64,000 nt of DNA from assembly GCA_963749235.1 (NCBI GenBank), contig CAVVLV010000001.1:1287634-1351633 (forward strand), in the 5' to 3' direction. The notes under the pieces are model-generated. The model had not been told where the DNA came from. It did not search any database and saw only the letters and a list, made by a program, of their open reading frames with translations. Positions 39,176-49,997 of this stretch are shown here, in pieces; the first letter of the stretch is position 1; every line of letters begins with the position of its first letter. The DNA comes from an uncultured Thermoplasmata archaeon (GTDB lineage Archaea; Thermoplasmatota; Thermoplasmata; Lutacidiplasmatales; UBA184). The position numbers and the translations under genes are program-made.

Positions 39176-40304
39176 GAGCGCCGCGGTCGCGGTTCTCCCG
39201 TTCCTGCACTGTCCCGCCCCGGATCCGGTAGTACTGCAGCGGGTGGCGGAGTCGGTCCTCGAAGCAGAGCAGGTCCCGAGCGCGGTCTTTCGGGTCCGTC
39301 GCAGCCGAATCGCCGTCGCGAACGCAGAGACCGTGGCTGCGGAGGGTCTCGCACTCGGGCGGTTCGTACCCCACCCCGCCGTCCCGCTGGGTGATGTGCT
39401 CGACCTGGTAGCGCGTCACGGACTCGTCGAAGTCGGGCGCCCCCCGGTAGGCGTCCACGATCGTCTCGGCGTCGGCGCCGGCTCGATGCAGGAACGCGGC
39501 GAGCGCGAAGCGCCCGGCGTGGGAAAGGTTCTCGCCGGCCTGGAGGGTGCGTCGCATCTTCCGGATGCACGGTGGGAACCGGTCCGGTAGCAGACTTCCG
39601 CCGGGGAGCCCCGACCGGGCGACCGGGAGCGGCATGCGGGCAACCAGTTCTGCGAAGAGCTCGGCTTCGCGTCCTCGGACGAACTGGACGACGTCCTCGG
39701 TGAGCGGGATCGGCTCCGCCAGGGTTCGCCGGATCGCCTCCTCCAACAGCCGAGCGGCGCGTTGCGACCGTACCACGACGGAGCCGCGGCGGACGTCCTG
39801 GCGTACGAGGCGGAAATCCCCCTCCCGGATCGGAGTGGCGAGCCGGAGGTAGTCGACGAGCCCTACCTCCCACCCATCGGGAGTGAGGGTGAGGCTGGCG
39901 CGGAGCTTCGCCGCCACTGTCCGGAGCTCCTCGTCCTGCTCGGCCCCGGTGAGCGACTCCAACCGGGACGAACTTCGTTTCGATTCGGCCACCGCCCATC
40001 GCCGGAGAGCGGCCATCGAGGGGGCCGAGGCCAGGACCAGGCGGGCGAAGAGGAAGGAAAGGTACCGAACTTCCGGGGTGGCGCTCGCAAACTCGGCGAC
40101 GTTCCGGATGGCGCGAGGGTCGTCCGCCGCCGCCAGGATGCGGGCCCGGCCGAGGACCCGCGCCCCCTCGTACGCCGGATCCTCGAGGAGGCTGCGGACG
40201 GTCCACCCCTGGTCGCGCAGCAAGGCCTCCGCCCCGGGCAGGAACGGATACTCCCCGTACAGGGAGGTATCGTCTAGAGGAGCCGTGGAACGACGAACTG
40301 CCAT
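39105..40304 (-). CDS. priL: DNA primase large subunit
   Basis: 'YPFL', 'FPPCI', 'NLSHAGRF', 'PDFDESVTRYQVEHI', 'YEPPECETL', 'HPLQYY'. Confidence 0.92.
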   Translation of the reverse strand: MAVRRSTAPLDDTSLYGEYPFLPGAEALLRDQGWTVRSLLEDPAYEGARVLGRARILAAADDPRAIRNVAEFASATPEVRYLSFLFARLVLASAPSMAALRRWAVAESKRSSSRLESLTGAEQDEELRTVAAKLRASLTLTPDGWEVGLVDYLRLATPIREGDFRLVRQDVRRGSVVVRSQRAARLLEEAIRRTLAEPIPLTEDVVQFVRGREAELFAELVARMPLPVARSGLPGGSLLPDRFPPCIRKMRRTLQAGENLSHAGRFALAAFLHRAGADAETIVDAYRGAPDFDESVTRYQVEHITQRDGGVGYEPPECETLRSHGLCVRDGDSAATDPKDRARDLLCFEDRLRHPLQYYRIRGGTVQERENRDRGAPSPSAGAPDRSGTPARPRSTDRR

Positions 40305-41611
40305 AGGAGCAACACGAGGACCAGGAACGAAGAGGCGAGGGCGGCCTTGCCGCCAAACTCCTCGAGACGGGTTTCCGACCAGGTCTTCCGGAAGCGGGCG
40401 GCGATCGAGGCCGAGAAGTCCCGGAAGAGGAGGCCCCCGTCCAGGGGGACCAGGGGCAGGGCGTTCGATAGCCCGAGGAGGAGGCTCATCCACGCGATCC
40501 AGTAGAGCACGTTCGCCCCGATCCAGAACGTGTTCGGGTCGACGTTGGCGAACGGCCCGGTGAGATGGAAGTACTGCAGGGACGACCCTCCGACCGGTTC
40601 CAACGTCGCGAGGGGCAGCACGATCCAGTCGATGCTGCCGACGAGCGGGCCGTTCGGGCTGCCGAGCGGCCACACGAGGGTCTGCTTCAAGGCGGGCGGG
40701 GTCAGGAACGCGGGGAGCACGCCAAGGAACCCCCGCTGGGCCACGTTCGGGTTCTTCGTGAGGTTGGCCGACGCCGTGACCGTGTGCCCGAGGGCGGCCG
40801 AATAGAACCGGACCACCACGATCTCACCGGGGGTCGTGTTCGCGAGCGCCGCATCGAATCGGTCGACGGAGGTCGTCGCCGTGCCGTTGATCGACGTGAT
40901 GATGTCGCCCGGCACGAGACTGATGTTGGCCGCGGGCGAACCCGCCACGACGGAGACGACACCGACCCCGTTGGCGTTCGGCACGACGGACGAGGAGACC
41001 ACGGCCGAGAGCGCGACGAAGAAGACGACGGCGATCGCAAAATTGGCGAGGACGCCCGCGGCCGCGACCCGGTCGCGCTTCCTGCGGGGCGCGGCCATCA
41101 TGTCGGTCTCGTCCTGTTCGACGAACGCTCCGACCGGGATCACGCACCAGAGCACGCCAACGCTCTTCACGCCGATGCCCTGCGATCGAGCCACGATCCC
41201 GTGGCTCAGTTCGTGGAGGACGATCCCGATGATGAGGGCGATGAGGCCGTACCAGAGAGGAATGAGGGGATTGATCCCCGGGATCGCGAGCGCTTCGGAG
41301 GGTGACGGGGCCGCCGAGGCCGGAATGGTGAACGAGAGGGCGGCGCCGAGCACGAGGAGGGCCACGATCACTCCCATGGAGATCGCGGCCAGCCAGATCC
41401 CGAGGTCGCTCACCGCGGTCCAGAACCGGCGGAACCGGCTCCATCGCTCGATGTCCTCGAGACCCCGCTTGGTCTTGATCATCAGGGCCGGCCCGAAGAG
41501 CGAGATCGCCCGGTCCGCCCCGAGGTAACCGTACCGGTGCAGCAGCAGGACGCCGACGACGTAGAGGAGAACGACGCCGATCAGAATCTCGTAGTAGAAG
41601 TACGGGTCCAC
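40274..41611 (-). CDS. Site-2 protease (M50) with PDZ domain
   Basis: 'HELSHG', 'GAFVE', 'AAGVLAN', PDZ 'GSPAA...PGDIITSING', 'NALPLVPLDGG'. Confidence 0.92.
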   Translation of the reverse strand: MDPYFYYEILIGVVLLYVVGVLLLHRYGYLGADRAISLFGPALMIKTKRGLEDIERWSRFRRFWTAVSDLGIWLAAISMGVIVALLVLGAALSFTIPASAAPSPSEALAIPGINPLIPLWYGLIALIIGIVLHELSHGIVARSQGIGVKSVGVLWCVIPVGAFVEQDETDMMAAPRRKRDRVAAAGVLANFAIAVVFFVALSAVVSSSVVPNANGVGVVSVVAGSPAANISLVPGDIITSINGTATTSVDRFDAALANTTPGEIVVVRFYSAALGHTVTASANLTKNPNVAQRGFLGVLPAFLTPPALKQTLVWPLGSPNGPLVGSIDWIVLPLATLEPVGGSSLQYFHLTGPFANVDPNTFWIGANVLYWIAWMSLLLGLSNALPLVPLDGGLLFRDFSASIAARFRKTWSETRLEEFGGKAALASSFLVLVLLLWQFVVPRLL

Positions 41612-41712
41612 GGAGTCTCCGCGGCCCCACGCCGGGGGTCGTTTATACGCTCTGCCCGCGCCGGCTCCTCGTTTCAGACAGGGTTAAGCCCGGTTGGATA
41701 CTCGTACTCGCA

Positions 41713-44700
41713 TTGACTCGACCCCGAGCGGGCCTCCGCGCCTCACTGGCGCTCGTCATCGCGCTTGCGGCGGTCCTCGGGATGAGCCTTCCGGGGATCG
41801 GCCTGCTGCCGGTGGACTCCGCGGCGGATCACGCCGTGTTGCCCGGTGCCGGTCTGTCCCCCGGAACCGTCTCCATCGCCCCGGGCTTCCTCCCGGGTAC
41901 GAGTGTTAGCGCCCTGCGCCCGGCGGCCGAAGCGTCTCCGATGAACGTCCTCGTGGGCCTGGCTTCCCCCGGTGCGACGAGCGAGGCCGCCCAGGCCGCA
42001 GCGGAGTACTTCCCGGACTCCGCCGAGTACCATCTGTACCTCTCGCCATTGGAGGTCGCCAGCCGCTACGGCCCGAGCCCGAGCACGGTGGCGGCGGCCG
42101 CGTCCTACTTCTCGAATTACGGCCTCACCGTTCAGCCCTTGTCGGGCGGCGCCCTCCTCTCGGTCACGGGCCCGACGTCCGGTATGGCCGCCGCGTTCGG
42201 AACTTCCTTCGAGGAGTATCGATCGGAATCGGGGCGAACTTTCCTTAGCCACCCCACGCCGGCGGTCCTCCCCCGCGGTCTCCCCTGGACCGGGGCGTAT
42301 GGACTCGGCAATGCGACCCCGATGACACCGCTGACTGTGCCTCTCTCCGGGGTGGCCGCGGTGGCGGGACCGGCCGCGACCTGCTCGGGAGGTTCCACGG
42401 GGCTCTCGCCGTGCCAGATTTGGGGCGGGTACGACTCGGCGGGCTTGATCGCCAACGGCACGAACGGGACCGGCGTGCGGATCGCCGTCGTCGACACCTA
42501 CGACGGAAGCGAACCGGAGTCCCGGCTGAAGACCGACCTCTCCCAGTTCGACTCCACCTTCTCCCTCCCAACTCCTAATGTATCCTACAACTACCCGGTA
42601 CCAGGGCCGGCGAACCTCAACTCCACCTCGACGGGTTGGGGCCTCGAGGAAGCCCTCGACCTGGAGTGGTCGCACGCGTCGGGGCCCGGCGCATCGATCG
42701 CGATGACGTTCTCCCCGAACTCGGGCGTCGGGCTCTACGAGGCCGTGGACTGGCTGGTCTCGAACCATCTCGTCGACGTGATCTCCCTCAGCTGGGGGGA
42801 GCCCGATGTCGGCGTCTTCAACGCGTGGTCGACCCCGTGCTCGGTCGCGTGCAATGCCTCCTCTGACGGGAGCTACGAGCTCTTGGGGCCAGTGCTCGAA
42901 GCCGCGGCCCTCGAAGGGATCAGCGTGTTCGTCGCGAGCGGCGATTGTGGCTCGGCGGACGGCACGAGCGGGGTTTCAACCGACTATCCCTCGTCCGACC
43001 CGTTCGCAACAGGGGTAGGGGGGACGTTTCTCTCGGTCTCATCCACCGGCGTGTGGCAGAGTGAGGTGGGATGGAGCCTAAATTCGAGTGGGGCGAGTAG
43101 TCCGGGCTGCTACAACCAGGGTGGATCCGGGGGAGGCTACTCACTGTTCCCTCGCCCTTGGTGGCAGCATGGGACCGGCGTGCCGACCGCCCCGACCACC
43201 CGGGGGGACCCCGACGTCTCCGCGGACGCCTCGAACGGCGTTGAGATCATCCAGGGGGGAGGCGCCACCGCGGTAGGAGGCACAAGTCTGGCGACCCCTG
43301 TGTGGGCGGGTATCGCCGCGATCGCGGATCAACATGCTGCAGCACCGCTGGGATACCTCGACCCGGTGCTCTACTCGATCCTGAGAGGATCGAATTACTC
43401 AACCGACTTTCACGACATCACCTCCGGGAACAACGGGTACGCCGCCCACACCGGTTGGGACCCCGTCACCGGCATCGGCACGCCGATCGTCGCGCACCTC
43501 GTCCAGGACCTCGTGCGGGGGACTCCGGCCGCCTCATCGCTCGAAGCCTACCTCTATGCGGGTCCGCGGACCGGCCCGGCCCCCCTGACAGTGTCGTTCC
43601 ATGTGGCCGCGAGCGGGGGCTCCGATTCCTACCCGCTCGAGGACATCTACTTCGGGGACGGGACCGCCGCAGTCGCCCTCAACGGGGCCTCCAATCACAC
43701 GTACCGGACCTCAGGCGTCTACGGAGCATCCGCGTACGTGGCCGACTCGGCGGGGAACGTCTCCGTTTCCGAACCGTTCCCGATCGTGGTCGGGGGAGGG
43801 TCGGTCCTCACGGTCAACCTCACCGCCTCCAATGCGACCCCACGCGTCGGAGCTCCGGTCCAGCTCAACGCCACGGTGCACGGCGGGACCGCCCCGTACT
43901 CGTACCTGTTCACGTACGGCGACGGAACGTACCTCAACTGGAGTTCCTCGGATTCGGAGACGCACGAGTACCCGGCGGCGGGAGGATTCTGCGCGGACGT
44001 GGTCGTGCGGGATTCCGCAACGCCGGAGGACGGCGGGGCGAGCGCCGGCGTGGTGGTCCAGGTCGGCGGCGGGGCCGCCCCCACGTGCGTGAACGACTCG
44101 ACCCCTCTCACGGTGGACGCCGACGCGGCCCCCGGAATCCGCAACGCGCCGGCCGACTTCCCTTCCCTCTTCCAGGTCTTCGGCGGTTCCGAAGGCGTGG
44201 GCGGCGGCTCCTTCACCGAGCAGCTCTCGTCCTCCGACCCGTACGTGACCGCCTGCCAGTGCACGATCTTCCGGGCGGCCGGGAATTACACGGTGACCCT
44301 CAACGCATCCGACCCCGTCGGGGACCGGGCCTCGAACGCCAGCAACGTGAGCGTGGCCCCACCGCTCGTAGGGACCTTTGACGCGAGCGCGACCTACGGG
44401 GTCGCTCCCCTCACGGTCCACTTCACGGCGTCCGTCTCGGGCGGGTACCGCGCGGACGCCGCGGACACCTCCTGGACGGTCGACACGCTCACCGGTCAGA
44501 CGTTCACGGGCGCCTCCGTGAGCATGACGTACACGACCCCGGGACTCTACTTCGCCACCGGCGACCTTTCGGACTCCGGCCATGGGAACACCAGTGAGGG
44601 ATTCCTGATCGACGTCGTCGCCGCCGGGGTCCCGGCCCAGCCGACCGTCACCGCGACCGTCACTCCCGCCGTGAACGTCACCTCGGGGACAACCGTAGAC

Positions 44701-45600
44701 ATCGCCGCCCAGTCGCAGTATGCGAACGGAAGCGCGCTGGCCTCGGTGATCAACTGGACGCTCTGGAATGGAGCGTCGGTCTTGGGTCCGTCCACGACCG
44801 CGACGTTCGACGCCCCCTTCGGGGGAGCCTCCCAGGGGCTCGACCTCCATCTCAACGTGAGCTGGCCCAGCCTCGGCACCGGGCTCACTTCGTATCCGCT
44901 CTACTCCCCCTCGTTCCTCGCCGTCGAAGCGGGAGGGTTTGTTCCGCGAGCGAATGCGCTCGAGCTCTCCGCCCAGGCCGGACCCGGCTGGGGGGCCCTG
45001 CCGTTGTCGTGGAGCGGGACCGCCAATGTCTCCGGCCCCGGAGTCGGCTCGCCGTCCTGGATGTTCGGGGACGGCACCCGAGGCCTGGGGCCCGAAGTAC
45101 GCTACTTCTACCTGGTCCAGGGACGATTCAACGCGAGCGTTTCGGTGAACGACACCTGGGGCGATATCGCCCGGCTCCCCTTCGGAGTCAACCCGGGAGG
45201 GACCATCTATCCCGCGCTCACCGTTACGGCCGCGATCTCGGTCCAGTCGGGCCCGGCCCCGCTGACCGTCGACTTCTCGGCGACGGGCGGCGGAGGCGAT
45301 GGCCGGTACTGGTACACGTGGTACTTTGGCGATGGAGGGAGTTCGACCGTCAATTCGACGCAGCACACGTACCACTCGGCCGGCAACTTCACCGTGACCC
45401 TCGTGCTCGCCGACCACCAGGGGGTCCAGATCGAGAGGAACTGGACGGTCGAGGTCTCCGCGAACCTTACCGTGGTGGGTACTGGAGCCCCTCCCCTACC
45501 GTGGCTCTGGATTGTCGGGATCGCGGCGTTCGTCGGGCTCGGGGCCGCGATCGCGGTGGTCCTCTCCCGCCGGGCCCGGCGGGATCCGCCTACCCCTTGA
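41713..45600 (+). CDS. Large S53 sedolisin-like protease with multiple PKD domains and C-terminal TM anchor
   Basis: 'EEALDLEW', 'ASGDCG', 'GGTSLATPVWAG', 'GWDPVTGIGTP', repeated '(F/Y)GDG...HTY' PKD motifs. Confidence 0.9.
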   Translation: MTRPRAGLRASLALVIALAAVLGMSLPGIGLLPVDSAADHAVLPGAGLSPGTVSIAPGFLPGTSVSALRPAAEASPMNVLVGLASPGATSEAAQAAAEYFPDSAEYHLYLSPLEVASRYGPSPSTVAAAASYFSNYGLTVQPLSGGALLSVTGPTSGMAAAFGTSFEEYRSESGRTFLSHPTPAVLPRGLPWTGAYGLGNATPMTPLTVPLSGVAAVAGPAATCSGGSTGLSPCQIWGGYDSAGLIANGTNGTGVRIAVVDTYDGSEPESRLKTDLSQFDSTFSLPTPNVSYNYPVPGPANLNSTSTGWGLEEALDLEWSHASGPGASIAMTFSPNSGVGLYEAVDWLVSNHLVDVISLSWGEPDVGVFNAWSTPCSVACNASSDGSYELLGPVLEAAALEGISVFVASGDCGSADGTSGVSTDYPSSDPFATGVGGTFLSVSSTGVWQSEVGWSLNSSGASSPGCYNQGGSGGGYSLFPRPWWQHGTGVPTAPTTRGDPDVSADASNGVEIIQGGGATAVGGTSLATPVWAGIAAIADQHAAAPLGYLDPVLYSILRGSNYSTDFHDITSGNNGYAAHTGWDPVTGIGTPIVAHLVQDLVRGTPAASSLEAYLYAGPRTGPAPLTVSFHVAASGGSDSYPLEDIYFGDGTAAVALNGASNHTYRTSGVYGASAYVADSAGNVSVSEPFPIVVGGGSVLTVNLTASNATPRVGAPVQLNATVHGGTAPYSYLFTYGDGTYLNWSSSDSETHEYPAAGGFCADVVVRDSATPEDGGASAGVVVQVGGGAAPTCVNDSTPLTVDADAAPGIRNAPADFPSLFQVFGGSEGVGGGSFTEQLSSSDPYVTACQCTIFRAAGNYTVTLNASDPVGDRASNASNVSVAPPLVGTFDASATYGVAPLTVHFTASVSGGYRADAADTSWTVDTLTGQTFTGASVSMTYTTPGLYFATGDLSDSGHGNTSEGFLIDVVAAGVPAQPTVTATVTPAVNVTSGTTVDIAAQSQYANGSALASVINWTLWNGASVLGPSTTATFDAPFGGASQGLDLHLNVSWPSLGTGLTSYPLYSPSFLAVEAGGFVPRANALELSAQAGPGWGALPLSWSGTANVSGPGVGSPSWMFGDGTRGLGPEVRYFYLVQGRFNASVSVNDTWGDIARLPFGVNPGGTIYPALTVTAAISVQSGPAPLTVDFSATGGGGDGRYWYTWYFGDGGSSTVNSTQHTYHSAGNFTVTLVLADHQGVQIERNWTVEVSANLTVVGTGAPPLPWLWIVGIAAFVGLGAAIAVVLSRRARRDPPTP

Positions 45601-47040
45601 CCACGCCCATCGGGACCAAGCGGGCGACGCGGCGGGTGAGGCCGGCGCCTTCCGCGACCCGGACGACCTCTTCGACGTCCTTGTAGGCCCCGGGAGCTTC
45701 CTCGGTCACGCCCTCCCGGGAGGCCGAGCGCACGATGATCCCCCGACTCCGCAACTCGCGCGTGACCTCCTCGTAGCGGAAGGTCCTCACAGCGGCATGG
45801 CGGCTCAGCCGTCGGCCCGCCCCGTGGCAGGAGGAACCGAACGACCGGTCCATGGAGGTGGCGAGACCCGAGAGAACGTAGCTCGCCGTCCCCATGTCGC
45901 CGGGGATCAGGACCGGCTGCCCGAACGGACGGTAGGCCGCGGGGACCTCGTCCCGTCCCGCCGGGAACGCACGGGTCGCGCCCTTGCGGTGAACTAGCAA
46001 GGACTTCGAGCCGCCGTTCACCCGGTGCGTCTCGACCTTGGCCATGTTGTGGGAGATGTCGTAGACGACGGAGAGGTCGAGCTCGGTGTCCGGCCGGCCG
46101 AAGACCGCGGAGAACGCCCGGCGAACCCCGTGGGTGATCGCCTGCCGGTTCGCCCATGCGAAGTTCGCGGCGGCGGCCATCGCCCCCAGGTAGCGGGTCC
46201 CGTCCTCCGAACCGATGGGGGCGCACGAAAGCTGACGGTCGACGAGCGTCGTCCCCTCCGAGGCGAGGCGTCGGTCCATCTCACCGATGTAGTCGGTCGC
46301 GACCTGGTGACCGAGCCCACGGGAGCCCGTGTGGAGCATGACGACGACCCGGTTCGGGAGGAGACCCATCGCCTCGGCGAAGGGGGCGTCCAGGACCCGG
46401 TCCACGGCCTGCACCTCGAGGAAGTGGTTCCCGGAGCCGAGGGTGCCGATCTGCTTCAACCCCCGCTTGCGAGCATTTTCCGAGACCTCCGACGGGCGGG
46501 CGCTAGACAGCCGACCCTCCTCTTCCTGGAACGGGAGGTCGTCGGTCCGGCCGAGGCCGCGCTCGACGGCCCACCGCGCCCCTCCGGCGAGGACCTCGTC
46601 CATCTCGGCGGGCTTCACGGTGTTCCCGCCGTGGGAACCCACTCCGGAGGGGACCTCCCGGTAGAGTCGTTCGATCAGCTCCGCGAGACGGGGGCGGACC
46701 TCGTCGACCGTGAGCGAGGTCCGCAGGAGTCGCACGCCGCAGTTGATGTCGTACCCGATCCCCCCGGAGAGACGACCCCCTCGGCGAGGTCGAACGCCGC
46801 CACTCCGCCGACCGGGAACCCGTAGCCGAAGTGGATGTCCGGCATCGCCAGCGCGTGGCGCTGGATGCCCGGAAGGGTCGCCACGTTCGCGAGCTGCCCG
46901 AGCGACGGGTCGCCGCTCACGGCGGACAGGAGCGCGTCGTCCGAGAACAGGATCCCCGGAACCCGCATCCCCGGCTGCTCCGAGGGATCGATCCGGTAGG
47001 TGAATTCGTCCAGTCGGACGAGGGCGGGAACCTTGTCCAT
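45590..47040 (-). CDS. rtcB: RNA-splicing ligase RtcB (frameshift in G run near 46762)
   Basis: '[14 protein letters not shown]', 'GYDINCG', 'GSGNHFLE', 'HTGSRG', 'HRKGAT', 'SCHGAGR', 'EEAPGAYK'. Confidence 0.93.
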
Positions 47041-47165
47041 GGGGCGCGGCCAACTCGGGACGGTATTAGAGGGTGGTTGCGCGGCGGGAGGTTCGTCGGC
47101 GAGGCCCCCGTCGGACCAGATACCGACAAGTAGCGCACCCCCCCTTGGTGAACGGGGAGGCTCGG

Positions 47166-47501
47166 ATGCTGCTGCGGTCGTTGCTCATCATGGTCAACCT
47201 GACGACCATCGTGGCCGCCATCGTCGTCCTCCATGATTTCCCGCAGTACGCGGGGGCGGCGTTCTACGTCCTCGTCGGTTGGATGGTCGGGAGCCTGGTG
47301 CTCCTGTACGGACCCTGGGCGAACCGGCCGTTGAATTCCTTCCGAACGGGCGCCGCGACGCCGGGCACGCCCGCGACCGCGCCGCTGCCCTCCGCGGTGG
47401 CGCCGTCCGACATCCCGTTCTGCATCTACTGCGCCGCTCCGCTCCCCCTCCGCGCCCCGGTGTGCCCCGCGTGCGGCCACCGGACGCCGTACCTGTTGTA
47501 G
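47166..47501 (+). CDS. Small 2-TM membrane protein with C-terminal zinc ribbon
   Basis: From MLLRSLL; ends '[21 protein letters not shown]'. Confidence 0.7.
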   Translation: MLLRSLLIMVNLTTIVAAIVVLHDFPQYAGAAFYVLVGWMVGSLVLLYGPWANRPLNSFRTGAATPGTPATAPLPSAVAPSDIPFCIYCAAPLPLRAPVCPACGHRTPYLL

Positions 47502-47512
47502 GGGGACCTCGA

Positions 47513-47911
47513 GTGACCTCACCCAGCCCGATCGTCCGGTTGCCCCTCCCGGCGATGACGGCGGTCATTGGCGGCCTGACCGTGGTCGCGCTCCTCCTGG
47601 CCGTGCGGCTCGACTGGGGAATCTGGCGCTACGCCTTCTTCGCGATCCCCGCCGTGGTCGCCGTCTACTACCTCAACGAGTACCGGAAACTGCCCTACGA
47701 ACCGTACCACTTCTTCCCGCAGCGACGGACCACGGCCGCGACGCCGACGGCCGCGCCCACTCCGACGGCGAGTGCGGCGCCCGCTCCGGCGGAGGAGCCG
47801 TTCGAGGATCCGGTCGAAGAGGCGGACCGCATCGCCGCCGAGACGGCGACACGCCCGACCCCCGAGGGCGAGGCTTCTCCCGAAACGACCCCGTCCGCAC
47901 CCGAGCCGTAA
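47513..47911 (+). CDS. Small 2-TM membrane protein with Pro/Ala/Glu-rich tail
   Basis: GTG start inside ORF 47279..47911; two hydrophobic helices followed by a low-complexity tail. Confidence 0.6.
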   Translation: MTSPSPIVRLPLPAMTAVIGGLTVVALLLAVRLDWGIWRYAFFAIPAVVAVYYLNEYRKLPYEPYHFFPQRRTTAATPTAAPTPTASAAPAPAEEPFEDPVEEADRIAAETATRPTPEGEASPETTPSAPEP

Positions 47912-47920
47912 GCGGCCCGA

Positions 47921-48473
47921 TCACTTCGGGGCGACGTAGAGCAGGGGCTCGCGCGCCCGGGCATTCGCGCCCACGCCGACCTTCAGCCCACGGACCACCC
48001 CGGCCACGGGGCTCGTGATCTCGTTGCGCATCTTCATCGCCTCGAGGACCAAGAGGACCTCCCCGACCGCAACGTGGGCTCCCTCCGCGACGCGGAGCTC
48101 GACGACCTTGCCCGGGCATCGGCGGGACGACGGGGACTCCCTCGCCCACCGGAGCGGGCGGGGGCTCGGAGCTCGCCACCGGTGCCGCGACCGGTCGGGG
48201 GGCCTCCGGTCGCGAGGTCTCCGGAGCGGCGAGGCGTTCGAGGCCGACCCGGGCCCGCTCCCCGTTGACGTCGACCGGGGCGGGGGGTTCGGGGAAGTGA
48301 TCCGGCCAGTTCTCGACCACGACCCGTTCCCCGCCGATCTCGAGCTCGACCCGGAGCGGCGAGGAGGTGACGAGCGTGACGGGATAGGTGTGACCCGCCA
48401 CCGTCACCGAGGCGAGGTCGGCGGCGACCTCGACCTCCTCGGTCCTACCGTCGCGGGTGACGCGAAGACGCAT
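47921..48473 (-). CDS. Biotin carboxyl carrier protein (1.3S-like; frameshift near 48113)
   Basis: 'VVPPMPG', then after removing one base 'KVVELRVAEG...LVLEAMKMRNEITSPVAGVV...YVAPK*', containing the EAMKM biotinylation motif. Confidence 0.88.
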
Positions 48474-49980
48474 CGATGTACCTCCGTTGGGAATGCAAGT
48501 GCACTCGTCCCTCGTGCGCCCAGGGACTGACTCCGGCCGAGCCGGAGCTCGTCGCGGCCGAGGGCAGGGCGGCCGGAGCAGGACGGGGTGCGCGCAGGGC
48601 CCCGATCACTCCGAGCGCGGCCGCGGTCAGAACGTCCGAGGTCAGCCCGCGGTCGCGGGAGGATCGGTACGCCTTGTAGACGGCAGGGAAGAGGGCGTAG
48701 CTCAGCGCCTCGGCGTCGTCGGCCGCTGGGACGAGAGCGCGTACCTCGCGGAGCGACTTTTCGAACTCGGGAGGGAGCAGGTCGGCCGGGCGACCGGTGA
48801 TCGCCGGCGAGGTGGCGGTCACCCGGCGGACGAGCTCGGGGTCCAGCGGCGCCGGCGGAGTCCCGTAGAGACCGCGCACATAGTCGCGGACCTCCTGGGT
48901 GATCTGCTGGTAGCGGGTCCCGGTGAGCACGTTGAACACGGCCTGGATCCCGACGATCTGGCTGGTCGGCGTAACGAGCGGCGGATACCCCAGGTCGGCG
49001 CGCACGCGCGGGACCTCCTTCAGCACCTCGCCGAGCCGGCCGGAGGCGTCCTGCTCGGCGAGCTGCGAGAGGAGGTTGGAGAGCATCCCTCCCGGGATCT
49101 GGTGCGTGAGGATCCCGGGGTCGGTCTGCAGCGACCGCAAATTGAGCAAGGGGCGGTAGCGGTCCATCACGGTCGCGAAGTAGGCCGCAAGCTCGGCGAG
49201 CGCATCCAGGTCGAGGCGGGAATCGAGCGCGCTCCCCCGGAGAGCCCCCACGAGGGTCTCCGTCGGGGGCTGGGAGGCGCCGCCGGCAAAGGGGCTCAAG
49301 GCGCCGTCGATCGCCGTCGCTCCTGCCTCGGCGACCGCGAGGCAGGTCAGGGTCGCGAGCCCGCTCGCGGAGTGCGTGTGGACGACGACCGGGAGGCCGA
49401 CCTCCTTCACGAGCGCCCCGACGAGCGCGGCGCCGGGGCCGGGCGGCATGAACCCGCCCATGTCCTTCACGCACAGTTCGTCGGCGCCCATCTCGGCGAG
49501 GCGGTGGCCGAGCGCGACGAACGCGGGCAGAGTGTGCACCGGGGACTGTGTGTAGCAGATCGTCGCCTGGGCGCGCGCGCCGGAGGCCTTTACCGCGTCC
49601 AGGGCGACCTGCATGTTCCTAGGGTCGTTCAGCGCGTCGAAGATGCGGAAGATGTCGACGCCCTGACGGGCTGACTCCGCGACGAACTTCCGGACCAGGT
49701 CGTCGGCATAGTGACGGTACCCGACCAGGTTCTGGCCCCGGAGCAGCATTTGGAGGGGCGTCCGGGGCATGGCCATCTTGAGCAGCCGAAGCCGTTCCCA
49801 CGGGTCCTCCCGGAGGAACCGAACGCACACGTCGAACGTCGCCCCGCCCCAGACCTCGAGCGACCGGTACCCGATCGCGTCCAACCGCTCGGCGGCCGGC
49901 AGCATGTCGCGGGTCCGCATTCGGGTCGCGATCAGGGACTGGTGACCGTCCCGAAGGACCGTCTCGGTGAGGCCGACCAT
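48445..49980 (-). CDS. Pyruvate/oxaloacetate carboxyltransferase (transcarboxylase 5S / PycB / OadA-like; no biotinyl domain)
   Basis: 'LRDGHQSLIATRM', 'EVWGGATFD', 'KDMGG', 'HTH', 'HQIPGGMLSN', 'LVTPTSQIVG'. Confidence 0.92.
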   Translation of the reverse strand: MVGLTETVLRDGHQSLIATRMRTRDMLPAAERLDAIGYRSLEVWGGATFDVCVRFLREDPWERLRLLKMAMPRTPLQMLLRGQNLVGYRHYADDLVRKFVAESARQGVDIFRIFDALNDPRNMQVALDAVKASGARAQATICYTQSPVHTLPAFVALGHRLAEMGADELCVKDMGGFMPPGPGAALVGALVKEVGLPVVVHTHSASGLATLTCLAVAEAGATAIDGALSPFAGGASQPPTETLVGALRGSALDSRLDLDALAELAAYFATVMDRYRPLLNLRSLQTDPGILTHQIPGGMLSNLLSQLAEQDASGRLGEVLKEVPRVRADLGYPPLVTPTSQIVGIQAVFNVLTGTRYQQITQEVRDYVRGLYGTPPAPLDPELVRRVTATSPAITGRPADLLPPEFEKSLREVRALVPAADDAEALSYALFPAVYKAYRSSRDRGLTSDVLTAAALGVIGALRAPRPAPAALPSAATSSGSAGVSPWAHEGRVHLHSQRRYIDASSRHPRR

Positions 49981-49997
49981 CGGGTGCGTCCTCGGTC

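Noticed and set aside
46755-46770. Programmed frameshift or intein/intron in rtcB
   Set aside because: A single missing G in a G run explains it, matching other indels on the contig; there is no inserted sequence.
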